A program made the translations under genes and the position numbers. Positions 51,200-53,007 of a DNA stretch of 53,007 bases are shown here, in pieces. The DNA lies in NCBI RefSeq assembly GCF_001949145.1, contig NW_019091360.1:499674-552680 (forward strand), given 5' to 3'. Positions within the stretch are counted from its first letter, which is position 1. The number at the start of each line of letters is the position of its first letter. Below the pieces are notes generated by a model, which worked only from the letters and a program-made list of their open reading frames with translations, made no database searches and was not told where the DNA came from. Source of the stretch: Acanthaster planci. Lineage: Eukaryota.

Positions 51200-52438
51200 T
51201 TCATCAATGTCAAAGGAGAATGTGACCTGACATGTTACTACAAAGGTGTGGAGAGGAATCTCACCTTCAAAATAGTTGATTCCAGTTAGTCTCCGTTGCT
51301 GTCACAACAGACATGTACAAAGATGAGCCTCATCAGCAAACAGGTTGACGACACAATCAAAAGAACACAACATGAAACAGTGCCTCTGACCGAGGGCAAC
51401 ATTGTATCTGAGTTCAGCGATGTTTTCGAAGGGCTAGGATGCCCAGCAGGGGAATACCACATCGACATTGATCCTACCACGCAACTAGTCCAGAATGCAC
51501 CACGTGGTGTTCCTGTTGCTATGAAAGATAAGCTACGTGAAGAGATATCTGAAATAGAGAAACGACGCATCATGGCAAAGGTTACCGAGCCTATAGCATG
51601 TCTCAGCAGCTTGGTTGTTGTCGATAAACCGGGAAAGATGCAGGTTTGTTTAGATCCACGAAACTAAATAAAGCTATCAAGTAACTCAAATATCAGATGC
51701 TGATTTCAGATTTCCATCATGCAAGTTAACCTCGATGAGGAGAACTCCTTCCTGACAACTTTTCTGGACCCCATTTGGCAGATACTGCTATCTAAGAATG
51801 CCGTTTGGAATAGCTTCTGCACCAGAAGAATACCAGCGACGACAGATTGAGATACTACAGAGGCTACTAGGTACAGCTGTAGTCACTGACGATATTCTGG
51901 TGCATGGCTGTGATGTGGTAGAACATGACAGGAATCTGAGATCACTGCTTCAGCGGGCAAGAGAAGCAAACCTAAAATTCAACTGGAAGAAAATCAGACT
52001 GCAGCTAGGTAAGGTGGCATACATGGGCCATAGCCCCAGTGTTGACAACAAATGGAGTCCGTCCAGATCCAAGGAAAGTAGAGGCAGTACAGAACCTGTA
52101 GCGACCGGACTCGATGAAGGCAGTCCAGCGTCTGCTGGGATGTGTCAACTACTGAGCATGAAAATTGTCAAGGCTCGCCGATGTGAGCGAGCCATTCTGA
52201 AAGTTTGACGGAGCAGACGACAGCCTTCACGTTGCAGTCACAAAAAGAAGCGACCCTTCAGTCGATAAATGATATGATTGCCAGTGCTTCAGTTATCTGG
52301 TACTAGTTGACTAGAAGAAAGAGGTCACAATACCGTGTGACGCGTCCAAGAAAGAGCTTGGAACAACCCACCTTCAGAATGGGCAACCAGTCGTGTTGCG
52401 TCCCAGCCCCTCACCTCTGTAGAGCAGAATTATGCACA
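51200..52438 (+). mobile_element. Degenerate Ty3/Gypsy pol (protease end, RT and RNase H start)
   Basis: EFSDVFEGLGC..GEYHIDIDP...PRGVPVAMKDKLREEI...KPGKMQVCLDPR; YCYLRMPFGIASAPEEYQRR...VTDDILVHG...EHDRNL. Contains stops and frameshifts. Confidence 0.9.
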
Positions 52439-53007
52439 TGTAACCTGGAAATTTGCCCCGCTAACTTAATACATAAGACTTTGGGAAAGTAACAAGATCT
52501 GAAGACACCTGGTTCAGGAAGACTGGGTCGCCATTTATTTGGAAGGTCAGGACAAAGTTAAAAAAATGAAAAAAAATGGAAATGTGATAACAACCCAACA
52601 CAGTGCTACAAGTGGATTACTCGAGTGACCAATCAGGCACAAACCTATCAATCAAAACAAAAAGAAATGACGAAAATTAAATACATGTACACAGTAATTC
52701 AATGTGGAAGATGTGGGATAAAATAAAGTACCAGTACATACCAAATCATCTATAAAGAACAAAAGACAAGGTCTCCTCAAAAAATGAGAGTTCAAAAATA
52801 AACTGGCCATCACGCACCTAGAGCATCACCTCAGTACTGAATACATGTACATGAATAACAACTAGTACCTGAATCATACACAATGTAAAACACTTTATAA
52901 GGTAGTCACCCAGTCTAAGGCCACATGGTCACTGACCAGACAGGGTAATAAATCCTCTTATCCTGACACACTGTCATGAATACTGTGGCGAATGCAACTG
53001 ACACCTC

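Overview
Eukaryotic, AT-rich, repeat-dense genomic DNA with six assembly gaps, most likely from a marine invertebrate (an inference from gene content and repeat types). Two host genes are supported. (1) On the minus strand, five exons (30290-30084, 29538-29413, 17235-17122, 2974-2796, 2629-2467) splice in frame with GT-AG sites into the N-terminal ~263 aa of a vertebrate-type N-acetylglutamate synthase (NAGS). The ORF track misses two of these exons, and the remaining exons lie beyond position 1. (2) On the plus strand, head-to-head with NAGS, is a single-coding-exon RNF41/NRDP1 E3 ligase (41914-42873). The rest is mostly transposon-derived: decayed Gypsy elements, a full-span Tc1 with IR-DR ends, CR1/L2-, Tx1- and Penelope-type fragments, a SINE and several MITE families. 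The most unusual signal is a strong excess of TA-NN-N'N'-TA micro-palindromes (TACATGTA, TAGGCCTA, TACCGGTA, plus TACAGTA/TACTGTA) that resemble accumulated Tc1/mariner excision footprints. I found no convincing novel protein-coding system.
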